From positions 16,616,001-16,680,000 of the forward strand of contig NC_087464.1 of the NCBI RefSeq assembly GCF_036321535.1: DNA of 64,000 nt. The letters run 5' to 3'. Source of the DNA: Camelus dromedarius. Lineage: Eukaryota. The translations under genes were made by a program, and so were the position numbers. The notes under the pieces are model-generated. The model did no database searches, was not told the origin of the DNA, and saw only the letters and a program-made list of their open reading frames with translations. Below are positions 25,040-36,954 of this stretch, piece after piece; positions within the stretch are counted from its first letter, which is position 1; every line of letters begins with the position of its first letter.

Positions 25040-25560
25040 CGAACCGGCGTGAAAGCGGAAAGACTGCAAGTCCCATTATGCATCCGGTCAGCTACAGCAG
25101 GAATTCGGCCTCGCGGGCCGCGGGCTTGATTCCACCGCCAGCCCCCGCCCAAGATGGCCTCGGCGGGCGCCCAGGTGGGTGTGGTTTTCGGGGAGGCCCC
25201 GCCCCCAGAACGCTGCTCTAATGGGAGCCTCCCTCGTGTCCATGGCGACGGCGACGGCGGCGGCGGCGGCTGCCGGCTTGGTGAAGGAGGCGCCGCCGCC
25301 GCCGGGATCTCCGAGCTAGGCACGAACCCCAGGCGCAGTGGGGAGCGGGCTCCCCCTCGCGATTGGCCGGGACAACCAGTCCTGTGGAACAAGGAGGCGG
25401 CTCCGGAGGACCAGCAACGCCCAAGAAGAAGCAAGAGCCAGCTGAAGGGCGGACATGAACGACCAGCTGAGTCCAGCACCAGGCCGATAGGGGCAGACCC
25501 AGCAGCTCCTCCTCCTCGGAACCTCGGGTGGGCGGTGTCTGTCGGGGGCTCCCCCTTTGC
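25040..25560 (+). promoter_or_regulatory. CpG island, putative TTLL13 promoter
   Basis: CpG-rich; ZNF143/THAP11-like GACTGCAAGTCCCATTATGCA at 25062-25082, GC boxes, RFX X-box-like GTGTCCATGGCGAC at 25236-25249; about 600 nt upstream of the first TTLL13 coding exon. Confidence 0.7.
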
Positions 25561-26012
25561 TCTCAGAGCCCAAGGGGTCTTGGCCATTGGGTGCCTGGCC
25601 CCAGTGCATATAGAGAAACTGAGTCGTGGGACAGGGAAAAGGCTGGCCTAGGCGATCTTTGGTCTTCAGCTCTGTTTTAAAAGCAAAGCACCCCCTCCCC
25701 GCCCCAGCGCCCCAGCCATCCACCATCACATGGAAGAATAAAAAAGCTATGGTCATGGTCGCTGCCAGCTCAGATCAGCCCCTGAATGCTTCCTAGAATG
25801 TTATTTGGAGTGATCTTGGATGATGGGGGCTTGTCAGCGAATCCAACATCTCACGGGCAAACCACAGACCCCATTACCTACTTGGAAACATCGCATTCTG
25901 TAGTGGGACTGTTCTGTTCTGAAGGAGCAGCAACATTCCTTATAACACAATGAAGGTCCTTAGCTGGATTTCTGCAGGCCTTCCCGGGCCTGGCGGGAGG
26001 CCTGACATCCAT

Positions 26013-26100
26013 ATACATACATACATACATACATACATACATACATACATACATACATACATACATACGGGAGGTCTGACATCTATATATATATATATAT
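26013..26100. repeat. Compound microsatellite (ATAC)~14 ... (TA)~8
   Basis: Directly visible tandem runs at 26013-26068 and 26084-26100. Confidence 0.95.
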
Positions 26101-26136
26101 TTCACTCCCACCCCTCTCCCTTCAGAATCTAAAAGG

Positions 26137-28251
26137 ATGGAGCCAAATACCTGTAAGACCAGTGAATCAGAGGAAGACTATGTTGAAGAGGAGGGATCTG
26201 AGGAGGAATGTGTTAAAGGGGAAGGTACCACCCCTTCTAACCCTTCTCAGCAGGCACTCTCAAAAGCTGACTGCAATGCATTTATGAATGGAGTTGCCTT
26301 ATCCGTTGTAGCCAAGAAAATACCAAAGAAAGTCATAACCCCAGCTGACCCAGATGACGTAGAAGTTGGGAGGAGAAAGAAAAGGCGGAAACACAGGTAA
26401 TGGTTCCCTGGACCCCCTCACTTGCTTAGCTCCAGAGTCATCCCCTGCCCTTCAACAGCTGGGATCCAAGGTCTTCCCTTTAGCCTAGGAAAGAGGACAG
26501 GGCATACAGGAGATCATTAACCTTTTGATACTACAAAAACAAAGAAAATTCAGAACAATTTGGGCTTGTCTAGTTTAGAATTTCAGCAAGTTGATATCAT
26601 CCTGGCCTTTCCTTTGAATGGCTTCTAGAGAAAATGAATTGCACTGTGCATTTGTTGGGTGTCTCTTTATTGGGGTGCCTGGCAGCCCAGGGTCTATCCT
26701 TCTCTTCCACTCTTCCTGATTTCTGCTCTTCCTCCATTCCAGACCCTTGGCCATCAACCTGACCAACTGCAAGTATGAGAGTGGTAAGCACCCAGCTCGT
26801 CACTCACGCCACTGGGCATAAGAGGGCACTTAGGGCTGTGGCTTTCACCCTGGAGATGGTCCTCCAAGCTGCTCCCAGCCCCCAGATCTCGTTAGGCTGA
26901 GGCTGGTCTATAACCTGTACTGAGCCTCCTGGCTCAGCTACAGGCAGTTGAAACATCATAGTTCGAGTTTGTCTCAGTGGCAGGGCAGGAATCTCCACAG
27001 TTGGCTAACAACAACAAGAGAATGACTGAGGGTCATCATTGCTCCACTGTTCCTAGATTTTACCAGAGATAAGATGAAACCAGGTTAAAACTGTTTTTTC
27101 AACTCAGATTTTGAGGGCGTTTCAGCAATTAAAAAAAAAATCACCAGTTAGGTCAGTCATTTCTAACTCCCCTTATCCCCCCAACCCAGGCATCATACAA
27201 GGGGACCCCCAGAGTGTGAGGCGCCAGTGTGACCCCTACTAAGGGTCAGCTCTATGGGTCAGAAACTATCCTAATTGAGATAGAAGACTGACAAGGACAG
27301 GGAGCTAGGCTCTAGTTTTCTGTCACAGATTTTGGAAGGGCCCTGACAGCCTCATGAGCTTGGAACTGTCACATGGTAACTAGAGTGTGGAGCTGAGGTA
27401 AGAACTATCCCCCTCTCCAACCCACTCTCTGGTCAGGTCTGTTCCTGACCCGACCCAGCTACAGTCCCAGAGCTTGTTACCAGTGCCCAGGCTGGCTCCA
27501 CTGACCTCCCTCTCTCCACAGTGCGTCGAGCAGCCCAAATGTGTGGCCTGAAAGAGGTGGGGGAGGACGAAGAGTGGACAGTGTACTGGACAGACTGCTC
27601 TGTTTCACTGGAACGAGTCATGGACATGAAGAGGTTTCAGGTACAACCTCCCCACCCCAGATCCTAAAGGGACTACCACTCCAGAATGACGACTTGTATC
27701 TTTCTGCCCAGGCACCTGAGGCTGCCACTCTGGGTGGCTGTACCCTTGTATAGAGTAGGAGAGATCATAGCCAGGGGCTTCTAAACCAAAGGAAATATTT
27801 TCCTCTTGGGCCTCTGGTACTTTTGTTATCTGAAGGAAGTGTCTGCTGGGCACATTCTATCTCAATATTTGCCGCTTACCTGGAAGCATCTGTGCTCAGC
27901 TGGCACCCTCCAGGGCGGGTGAGCCTATCCTAGGGGGAAGACTGGGAGGCAGCTCAGAGCTAACAGTAGAGCCAGCTAAATGATCCAGCCTTCTAAGCAG
28001 CTCAGCCTAGCTTCCACATCCATTAAGAGTCAGTGTGGGGTCCTGCACAGCAGTGAGAAAGTCAGGAAAGATGGACCAGGGTCCACAAGCAGACTATTAC
28101 TTCTTATCGGTATTTTTGTTACCCTCTGGTCTTTGTGGTGGTTCGCAGTAAAATAATTTTAAAATGTCTGCAAGCTTATTTTGAGATGAAGCTAAGCAGG
28201 GAGCTGAGACAGTAATGTGCCCACAAATCATGGGAGAAGATCCTGAGAGAT

Positions 28252-28292
<41 letters not shown>

Positions 28293-31200
28293 GACGGCTA
28301 GACATACTCAAGAAGCCCCAAAGAAAGGGCAGGCAGGGAGCAGTTGTAAGATGAGGGTAACAGTAACAGCATTATTGAGGGTTCATTACACAGCAGACAC
28401 TGTTAAGTGCTTTTTCATTCTCATGTCAATAAATTCTCAAAAAAATAGCCTTATGAAAAATAAATTTAAAAAAATTTTAAAGATACTCTTATGTTAAGGA
28501 CATAGGTTCAGGAATACGTGTTCACATAGCTAGTGCGGGGGAAAGCCAGTGCAAGAGCACTGAGCCTCCCAGCACCACGCACTGCAGGCCGAGCAGTGGG
28601 GGTTCCACCATGGCAACGCCTTGCCTTCTGGGAGTGCCAGGGCCGCCCATTCCCTGGAGCTGGTTCTTAGTTTCCTTTCTCCTTGGGGAAATGTTTTCGC
28701 ATTTGCTTTGTGCCAACACACACCAGTTATTCCTACAGGACTGGGCCCTGGTAGTCTGAGGGATGTTACAAGGTGGCTGAAAGGCCCAAAGTCCTGGCTA
28801 GCCCTTCTCACTGCCCCTCATTTCCTAACCTTTCTGTGTATGTGTGTTTGGGGGAGAGGCCAATGGACAGATTCTCACCCACCTTAGGGAACCTTCCCTT
28901 TCTCCGTTGGGGTACTAGGTGCAGTGTTTACCTCCACTGTGACTTCTGCCTTGACCTTCCCAGTCCTTCTCCACTGGTACCTGGGATGCCCAGGCCCCAG
29001 GAACTGCCCTTTACTCTGGTGGGTAGTATAACCAACTGGCTCTGTTTCAGAAAATCAACCACTTCCCTGGCATGACAGAAATCTGCCGCAAAGATCTGCT
29101 GGCTCGGAACCTCAACCGCATGCAGAAACTCTATCCTACAGAGTACAACATCTTCCCCCGCACCTGGTGCCTCCCCGCAGAGTGAGTGATACTCCCCAGG
29201 TTGAGATACTTGGGGAGGAAAGGGTTCACCAACTCAGTTCTCACCAGACTCTGGCCTTGGGACCTAGAATGTCTTAGATGGATGGAAGTAGGAGAGTTTG
29301 GGCTGGTTAAAGAAAAGTAGGTCTCAAACTATTATGTATAAAATAAGCTACAAGAATATATTGTACAACGCAGGGAATATAGCCAGTATTTTATAAGAAC
29401 TATAAATGGAGCGTAACCTTTACAAATTGTGAATATACTATATTGTATACCTTATATAATATTGTACATCAACAATAACTTATATAATATTGTACATCGA
29501 CTATACTTCAACTTAAAAAAAAAACCCAGGGGGAAAAAAAGGAAAAGAAAAGTAGGTGTGAGACTGAGTACTCCAGCAAGAGCATAGACTGGATAACAGG
29601 AAGAAGTCCACAGGGACAGCCATCATGCACAGAAACCCTCTGACCAGCCCCTCTCTGCACATAGCTACGGGGACTTCCAGTCCTATGGTCGTCAGCGAAA
29701 AATCCGCACTTATATCTGCAAGCCAGACAGTGGCTGCCAGGGACGTGGCATCTTCATCACCCGAAATCCACGGGTGATCAAGCCAGGAGAGCATATGATC
29801 TGCCAGCAGTACATCTCCAAGGTGAAGGGTGCCTCAGTACCACCAGGTCCCTCTGCCAGCACTGGGGTGCCCCATCTTTCCCAAAGCCAGGGAGGCTAGT
29901 TTTAGGCCTCCACCCTTCCTGCTATCCCATGTCAATCTTGGAGGCAGTGTGGAGCCAACCTGCTCTGAATCTGAGTTTTTTTACTTTCTAGATATGTTGT
30001 GATCTTGAGCAAATTTCTTAACTTTTCCACGCCTCAGTTTCTTCTTTTATTAGTGGGTATAAAAACAGTAACTACTTTATATGGTTATTGTGAAAATTAA
30101 ATGAGTTATTATGTATTTGAAGCACTTACAACAGTTGGTGGAACATATTAAGTACTTAAAAAGTACAGTCAGCCCTCCATAGCCACAGATGTGGAAACTG
30201 TGGCTATGGAGGGCTGACTGTACTATGCCACTTTATATGAGATTCATGGATTTTGGTATCCCTGAGGTGTCCTGGAGCCAATCCCCTGCAGATACTGAGG
30301 GACCACTGTATTATTATTTTTCCCCGGTGGATTTGCATGCTCTCAGCCCTTCCTCATTGACGGCTTCAAGTTTGATATGCGAATCTACGTCCTGATCACA
30401 TCCTGTGACCCTCTTCGGATCTTCATGTATGAGGAGGGCCTGGCCCGCTTTGCCACCATGCCCTACGTGGAGCGCAGCCACAACAACCTGGTGAGGGGCC
30501 AGGTGGCAGTGCTGGGAGGCGGGGCAGCACTCTCTTCTCTTCCACTGCCAGTAGTGCTGAGGTTCTATGGAAAAACCAGGTAGAGGCTTGTCTCGCAGCT
30601 AACTTATCATGCATGAACAGGCAGTGAAGCCTGTGAGCACCTCAGCACCTAGCTGGGAGGAGAGCATTCAGGGGGTGGTGACTGCAGAAAGGCCATGCCT
30701 GCAGGAATGGCACACTCTTCTCCCCAGCTTACAGGACAGTCCTTGGTGAAGAGGGACAGGAGATGAGCCATCCTGGGGAGGGGAGGGCAATCAAAAGGCA
30801 ACAAAGGGCTGGAGAGGAGAGTTGAGTGGAAGCAGTCTGAGACCACATGGCCACTGTCTTCCCAGGATGACGTCTGCATGCACCTGACCAACTATGCTAT
30901 CAACAAACACAATGAGAATTTTGTCCGGGATGATGCTGTGGGCAGTAAGAGGTATGCCCTACTCTGTTTTCTCCTCTTTCTCTGTCCTTTAGCCCCACAG
31001 TCTCAGCAGCCCATGAAACTGAGATGGCTCATGTGAGGTTGAGCTGGCTCAGCCTTTATAGACCCCTGTACTGTGCCTGACCACCAAGGGCAGCCCCAAA
31101 CCCCACCCTGTAACTAAGCCCTGCTCCAAGCTCATGGCAGCCCTTTAAAGCACAAGAAACCGACACATGGAATTAGGGTTAGTGTTAGTCCCCACTGGTC

Positions 31201-34200
31201 TTCCTCTGAGCACTGGGCCTCACAGGAAGCTGTCAACACTCAACACCTGGCTGCGAGAGCATGGCTACGACCCCCAAGAGCTGTGGGGGGACATCGAGGA
31301 CATCATCATCAAAACCATCATCTCAGCACATTCTGTTCTTCGCCACAACTACCGAACCTGTTTTCCCCAATATCTGAGTGGAGGTACATGTGCCTGTTTT
31401 GAGATCCTTGGGTTTGACATCTTGCTGGACCACAAGCTGAAGCCCTGGCTGCTGGAGGTGAGGATTATCTCCTGGGCTTTACAAAACCAAGGTCCACCCC
31501 TGAACAGGACACCTGGGATAGAAGTGTACGCAGGTGGTGGAACAGAGAATGGGGGACACAGAGGCACAAGGGTGGACAGGAACTAGAAAGTGTAATACCT
31601 CTGCACTTTTGACCTGCTGAGTCCAGTCTTAGTGGTCTCTGGTCTCCACATAACAATCCAGGTTTTGGATCCCAAGTGTTCCTCATGTAAGCCTTACCTT
31701 TAAGGACACTATAGCTATAGTCAGGCTGTCTGATTTGTCCTCACCAGCCTGTGTGTTGGAGGGATCTCTGTGGCAGAGTCCTTCAGCCTTGGAAGTCAGA
31801 ACATTGAGACTCCTTGGTTGAGGCCACTGGAGGGGGATGTCTCCTAGACCCTCCAGCTGGGCCTGCAAGAATCATGACCTGCTCAGGTGGACTAGGAGAG
31901 GGATGAATAATGACTCCTCCTGGCAGGTAAACCACTCTCCAAGCTTCACCACTGACTCACGCCTTGATCGGGAAGTGAAGGATGCACTTCTCTGTGATGC
32001 CATGACTCTTATCAACCTCCGAGGCTGTGACAAAAGAAAGGTGATAGAGGAGGACAAGCGGCGAGTCAAGGAGAGGCTTTTCCAGTGCCACCAACAGCCA
32101 CGAGAAGCCAAGGGCTCCAGGTGTTTGACATGTGTTTAGTCATGTAACTTACCTTCCTTGCTATTAGTTTCCTGAGAGTATAAGTCCTTCTCTAGATGGA
32201 GACGGCAGCCTGGGGCTGACTAGCTATTAAAAACAATTTTCTTGCATAGATAATACATCATGTATCATAGATAATATCTTCAAAATTCAAAAGACACAGT
32301 GAATAGTCTCTCTCCTACCCTCCTCCAACTACTCAGTTTTCTTCCCTGGAGCCAATCAATGTTTCTGGGGTCATGTATATACTTTCACAAACATTTATGC
32401 ACATATATATGTGTATTTATATAAACTGTTTTTCTCCCTTTATCTACCCAGACAGTAACATAACTTTCTCACACTCTGTACCCAATGTATTTTAGAGCTA
32501 TTTCATATTAGCACATAAGGAACTTTATGTGGTTTTATTGGCCATTTTTTTTTAAACAAAGCTCCTCTAGAAACCATTTCCTAAGAAAGTTTATAACGAA
32601 AAAACACAGAAAACATTTAGTTATTCAATAATAGGGTAATGTTTAAATCAGTATTGTTTACCCACTGTTGTTTAATTTTAAGATGGGTTTAAAACATGGT
32701 AATTTGTTGCTGACACCAAATTATAATTCATTAATGATAATAAAAATGAACTGGAGTCGATTTAGGATTATTTCTATAATAGCATCACTCTTCACCACTT
32801 GCATTGCAATATGCAGGACCAGTGTGTATTTGATTTGCCGTGATATCCTGAGGGCCTGGCACACAGCAGGCATTCAGATGTTTGTGTGAACAAAGGTGAA
32901 GTGTAACTGTAAGATACCCTAGGTATTCCCATGAGACTGACGGTGCATGTGACTGTTAGGAATCATGCCTTTCAATGGGGAAAAAAGGTTAAAAACTACT
33001 GGACTTAATAAAAGTACAATCATAGACTCACTAGAATACTAGGCCATTTTAAAATGTTGTATGATCCCATTTTCTTCTAAAACAAGGAAGAAAAGGAAGG
33101 AATAAAAAACAAGTGAGTGGCAAGGCAGGATTCAAACTCAGTAAGTCCTGCCCCAGAGTCCATGCTCATAGCCAATATGCTAATTTCATAGTAAGATTAG
33201 AGGTTTCTAGCTTCTTTCTGCTCTTCTAAATTTTCTTTAATTAACATATACTACTCTGTAATCAGAAACCTAAAATATTATGATAACTTGGAGTGCTAGT
33301 TTATGAATGGATGCCTTTATATTTATGATGAAAACCAGATTTCTGGAAGTCAAGCCTGTTTTCATGGATACACACAGGTGGGACTGGCCATAGATGGGCC
33401 TGGTAGCTTTCATCACACAGGCAGGGGCCAGAAAGGCCATTAGCTAGCAGGAGGTTCTCAATGCCTTAGCCAGCCTTCCTTTCCCTGTTGAACATTCTCA
33501 CAGTCCTTCCCTGACTCACCCTGAGCTTGGTTTCCATAGGCGAGAACAAAGTGAGTCATCCCATGCAGCACTGCTGGACCAGGAACGCTATGAGGATGCC
33601 CACCTTGGGGGGTACCGGCGGATCTACCCTGGGCCCAACACAGAGAAGTATACACCCTTCTTCAAGCACAATGGCTCCCTCTTCCAGGAGACGGCTGCTT
33701 CCAAGGCCAGAGAGGAGTGTGCCAGGTACTTTGCCCTGCACTCTCCTCTGTCCACTTGTGTGGGGGCAAATCCTGAAGCTGAACTGCTCCTCTGCAGGGT
33801 GGAGAGGAAGCCAGATACTTAAGGAAAGAGGAATGGAGTTATAAATTCTATCAGACTCTTAATGACTCAGTTTAGTAGGCTTTCCCATCTTCCCCCTCCT
33901 TCCTTTCCCATCAGTCCTCAGAGCAGATCATAATTTCCTGCTTTCTCCCCATCCCTATTTTCCCTCACCCCTCTTCTCCCGAACACAATTTCTCCAGTAT
34001 CTGAAGCTGCTATGTCTTGTCAGGCAGCAACTGGAAGAGATCCGCCTTAAGCAGGAACAGCAGGAGACCTCAGGCAATAAGAGACGAAAGGAAAACAAGG
34101 ACCAGAACCAGGGTGAATCGGCAGGGGAGAAGAGCCAGTCCAGGGCCCGGCTCAGGAGCCTTTCCACCCACTTGGCTTACAGGAACCGGAACCGGGAGAA

Positions 34201-36164
34201 AGAGGTGTCAGGGGTTTTGTGGCTCTTGCTTTTCTGCAGGAAAACAGGTTGGGACTACTAGAGAAGAGGAGTCTCTTCTCCTCCTGTACAAGAGAGATGA
34301 GTTCCTAATCAGTACACTGAATCTGACTTTTTGGAACAGGAGGTGAGAGAGTGGATAGCAAAGGGACCCTCCCACTAAGGTCAGGGAAGGGACAAAGATA
34401 GAGCGGGCAGGAGTCTTGCAGCCATCCTTGTGGATGATAGGGGACTCATTGGAGATCCTGCATTCATCTCTCATGTACCTTGCAGCTGCCACCAGTACAC
34501 CTGGACACCATGCAGCCTCAAGAAATTGTGGAAGAGGAGGAGCTGGAGCGGATGAAGGCCCTGCTACAAAGGGAAAATCTCATCCGAAGTCTGGGTATTG
34601 TAGAGCAGCTCACCCGCATTCTGCACCCCAGCCACCAGGGCCAGAAAAAACTTCACGAGTATCGGGTGAGAGTCCCTACACAGCCTCTCACAGAACAAGG
34701 GAACAAGGGCTATACTGGCACATGGTGGTGGCCACAGCCAAGGAGGCTAATGTGATGGTATCTGGCAGTGGAGCCTGGGAAAGCAGGGTATGCTGGACCT
34801 TGGGAAAGGGTCTGTTGGTTCCTTTTGCATCTGTTCCCAAGCTCCCTTGTTTTTAGTAATGACATCCAGCAAAGTGCAGCTCCCAACCTCCTCACTTACA
34901 AGAGACTTGTTCTCTATATTCCTGTCTTGCAGTAACCCAAACTCATGACTGACAACTAACAAGGCCACCACCCTCAGTGGCCTCTGTGTAATTCGTCCCT
35001 ATCACTGCCAGTGCCATGGCTCTAATGGGAGAAAAGTAAACAGTTTTGGGCCAACAAAACAGCTGCCGAATTCACTGTTCCCTCGGCTAGTAGAAAACCT
35101 GTTGGGTCCTCTGTTTTTGTTGAACCCTAAAGGAGTAGCTGGTTAAACAGTGGCCACAGCCTAGAAGAGATTTCTTTCAGTTATCTATTTTCTTCCACCA
35201 TTCCATCCAGACTCACAAGAAATGTGGTAAGGGGCTGCTCTTCTCCTCTAGCCTAGATTTCACCAGGACAGGCTGGGCAGTCAAGAACTGCAATCTGTGA
35301 GTTTGGTCCCATTGGTCCTCCTGAGAAGGGCTGCCAAAGAGCAGGTTCCTCACTTCCTGCATCCAGTTCAGCCCCACGAGTTGATCCCCAGGATCTTAGG
35401 GCCACCGTCAAGCATGAATGTTGCAGTTCCACATCATTCCTGGTGCCATCTGCAGCCCAAGAACTTCAACTGGATAAAAGCTCCAGCAGCCATCGGCCTC
35501 TGTTCATTGTCAATGAAGACATCTGGAAGGCACTATTTTCCCAGTGCCAGAGTCAGCCTTACGAGCCGTAAGTATGCAAAACCAGCTTTGGTCACTCTGA
35601 CTCGTGCAAATTCCCACTAGCAAACATTACAGCTGGGATGCTTCCAAAATATTATATGGCACTTCCAGCAGTGTGGGAATGAGGAAGGTACTGGACCCAT
35701 TTATTTACCTCCTATGTACTAGACCCTGGTTATAGAAATAGCAGAAATACAGTCCACAGCACTCAACAAACAGTAACAGGGATGTGGACAAGTAAACACA
35801 CCAATTACAATACAGCGTGGTACTGATGCTGTAGGGAAGCATGGGATGCCATTCCTCTGTGTTGGGAACTGGGCAACAGTTGGGAAAGAGGTGAGCAAAT
35901 CTCTTCTGTGAATATCAACTCAGGGGGACCCATGTTTCCACTGCAGAAGGCCAAGCCAGCAGAAGACTAGAAGCCATAAACCAAGCCCTGGCAGGACGAG
36001 TGTCATCCTCTTTAACCCCAAGCCAGGGCCATCTTCTGCAACGGGAAAGAGTGGTAAGTGGCTTATGGATTGAATGCACCTTGCCCTCCATGCTAGACTC
36101 TGGAAACAGAGCAGCCAAGGCCCAGGATCTCACCCTCTGCCCTGCCTCTGCACCCCTGCTGTAG
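26137..36164 (+). CDS. TTLL13: Tubulin polyglutamylase TTLL13 (814 aa, intact frame)
   Basis: Exons: 26137-26396, 26743-26783, 27522-27640, 29051-29181, 29665-29821, 30347-30490, 30866-30951, 31226-31457, 31927-32120, 33540-33725, 34024-34204, 34486-34665, 35252-35567, 35947-36164 (2445 nt, 815 codons). TTL-domain motifs: [61 protein letters not shown]. The exon 9 donor and the last exons are slightly less certain. Confidence 0.9.
28256..28289. repeat. (AG)17 microsatellite in TTLL13 intron 3
   Basis: Uninterrupted AG run. Confidence 0.95.
29323..29543 (+). mobile_element. 5'-truncated L1 3' end with poly(A) and 14-bp TSD
   Basis: L1 3' UTR text (aaaataagctacaag...gggaatatagcc...tatacttcaa) plus an A tail; TSD aaagaaaagtaggt at 29309-29322 and 29544-29557. 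Confidence 0.85.
30166..30308 (+). mobile_element. TcMar-Tigger MITE (Tigger2a/MER2-like)
   Basis: TA|CAGTCAGCCCTC... and ...GAGGGACCACTG|TA termini with TA duplications; internal gtcctggagccaatccc typical of this family. Confidence 0.8.
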
Positions 36165-36479
36165 CACAACCCTGCACTCCTGGACAGCAGGCACTACAGG
36201 TAAATGCAGGAAGGAAGCCCAGCACTCAGGCTCTCCTGGAGAGCCCCCTTCAGGTTTCCAAAGGGGCAAAGGGTCTTCAATCTTTGCTAACTCAGACCGC
36301 CACCAAACTTCAGTTTGAAAAGCCCTGGCCAGGAACCCTATTTGCATAAGGCAAAACACAAAGACGCCCATAATTCCTCAATTCCATAAGATTATTTCCG
36401 GATCAGTAAAGACTATAAGATGAAGAGAAGCCAGGGCGATGTGCTCATCTCTAACCTTCAAACCTCAGCCTGGATTTAC

Positions 36480-36954
36480 CACTAGATGATGGGTCTGACC
36501 CCTGGGTGAGGCCCGGGACGGGAGGTTATCTGGGAGACAAGAAGCCCCTTTCCCAGAGGAGCCGAGTCCCCACGGCACGGGACTGTCGCCATCAGTGGAC
36601 CGCCAAGAAGACGCCCTTCCCGCCGCCGTGGCGGAGACAGGCCGGCCTGGGCAGCCGTTGGGGCAGAGGGGCGGCTTTTGGCAACTGAACCCGTCTTTTT
36701 ATTAAAGTTCATGCCGTTTTGCAGGCGTGTCCTCTACCTCATTCCCGCCCGCGAATGGCAGGGAAGTCTCCTCCATAATTACAGTCAGGAAGGGTGGGCC
36801 TTGGAACGGTTCAAGCTCTGAAGTCACGCCCTCAGCCGGAAGCGGGAAGGAGGCGCAATCAACCCAGCTTCCTGCCTGCCCCCGTTACTTCCGGTTCCGC
36901 TCCTGGCTTCCGGTGCTGAAGCGTTTTGGGTTATTGAGGGCTGTTTTTGTCGAC
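36480..36954 (+). promoter_or_regulatory. NGRN CpG-rich promoter with an ETS/GABP cluster
   Basis: CCGGAAG at 36836-36842, ACTTCCGG at 36887-36894, GCTTCCGG at 36906-36913, directly upstream of the ATG. Confidence 0.75.

Noticed and set aside
25088-25243. Minus-strand ATG in a perfect Kozak context (gtcgccATGG; 51-aa ORF MDTREAP...) and the + strand MATATAAAAAAG ORF at 25242
   Set aside because: Both ATGs are the palindromic core of the X-box; the ORFs are short with no recognisable homology
25560-25990. Possible retrocopy or pseudo-exon upstream of TTLL13
   Set aside because: I translated the frames by eye and recognised no protein, poly(A) tail or TSD
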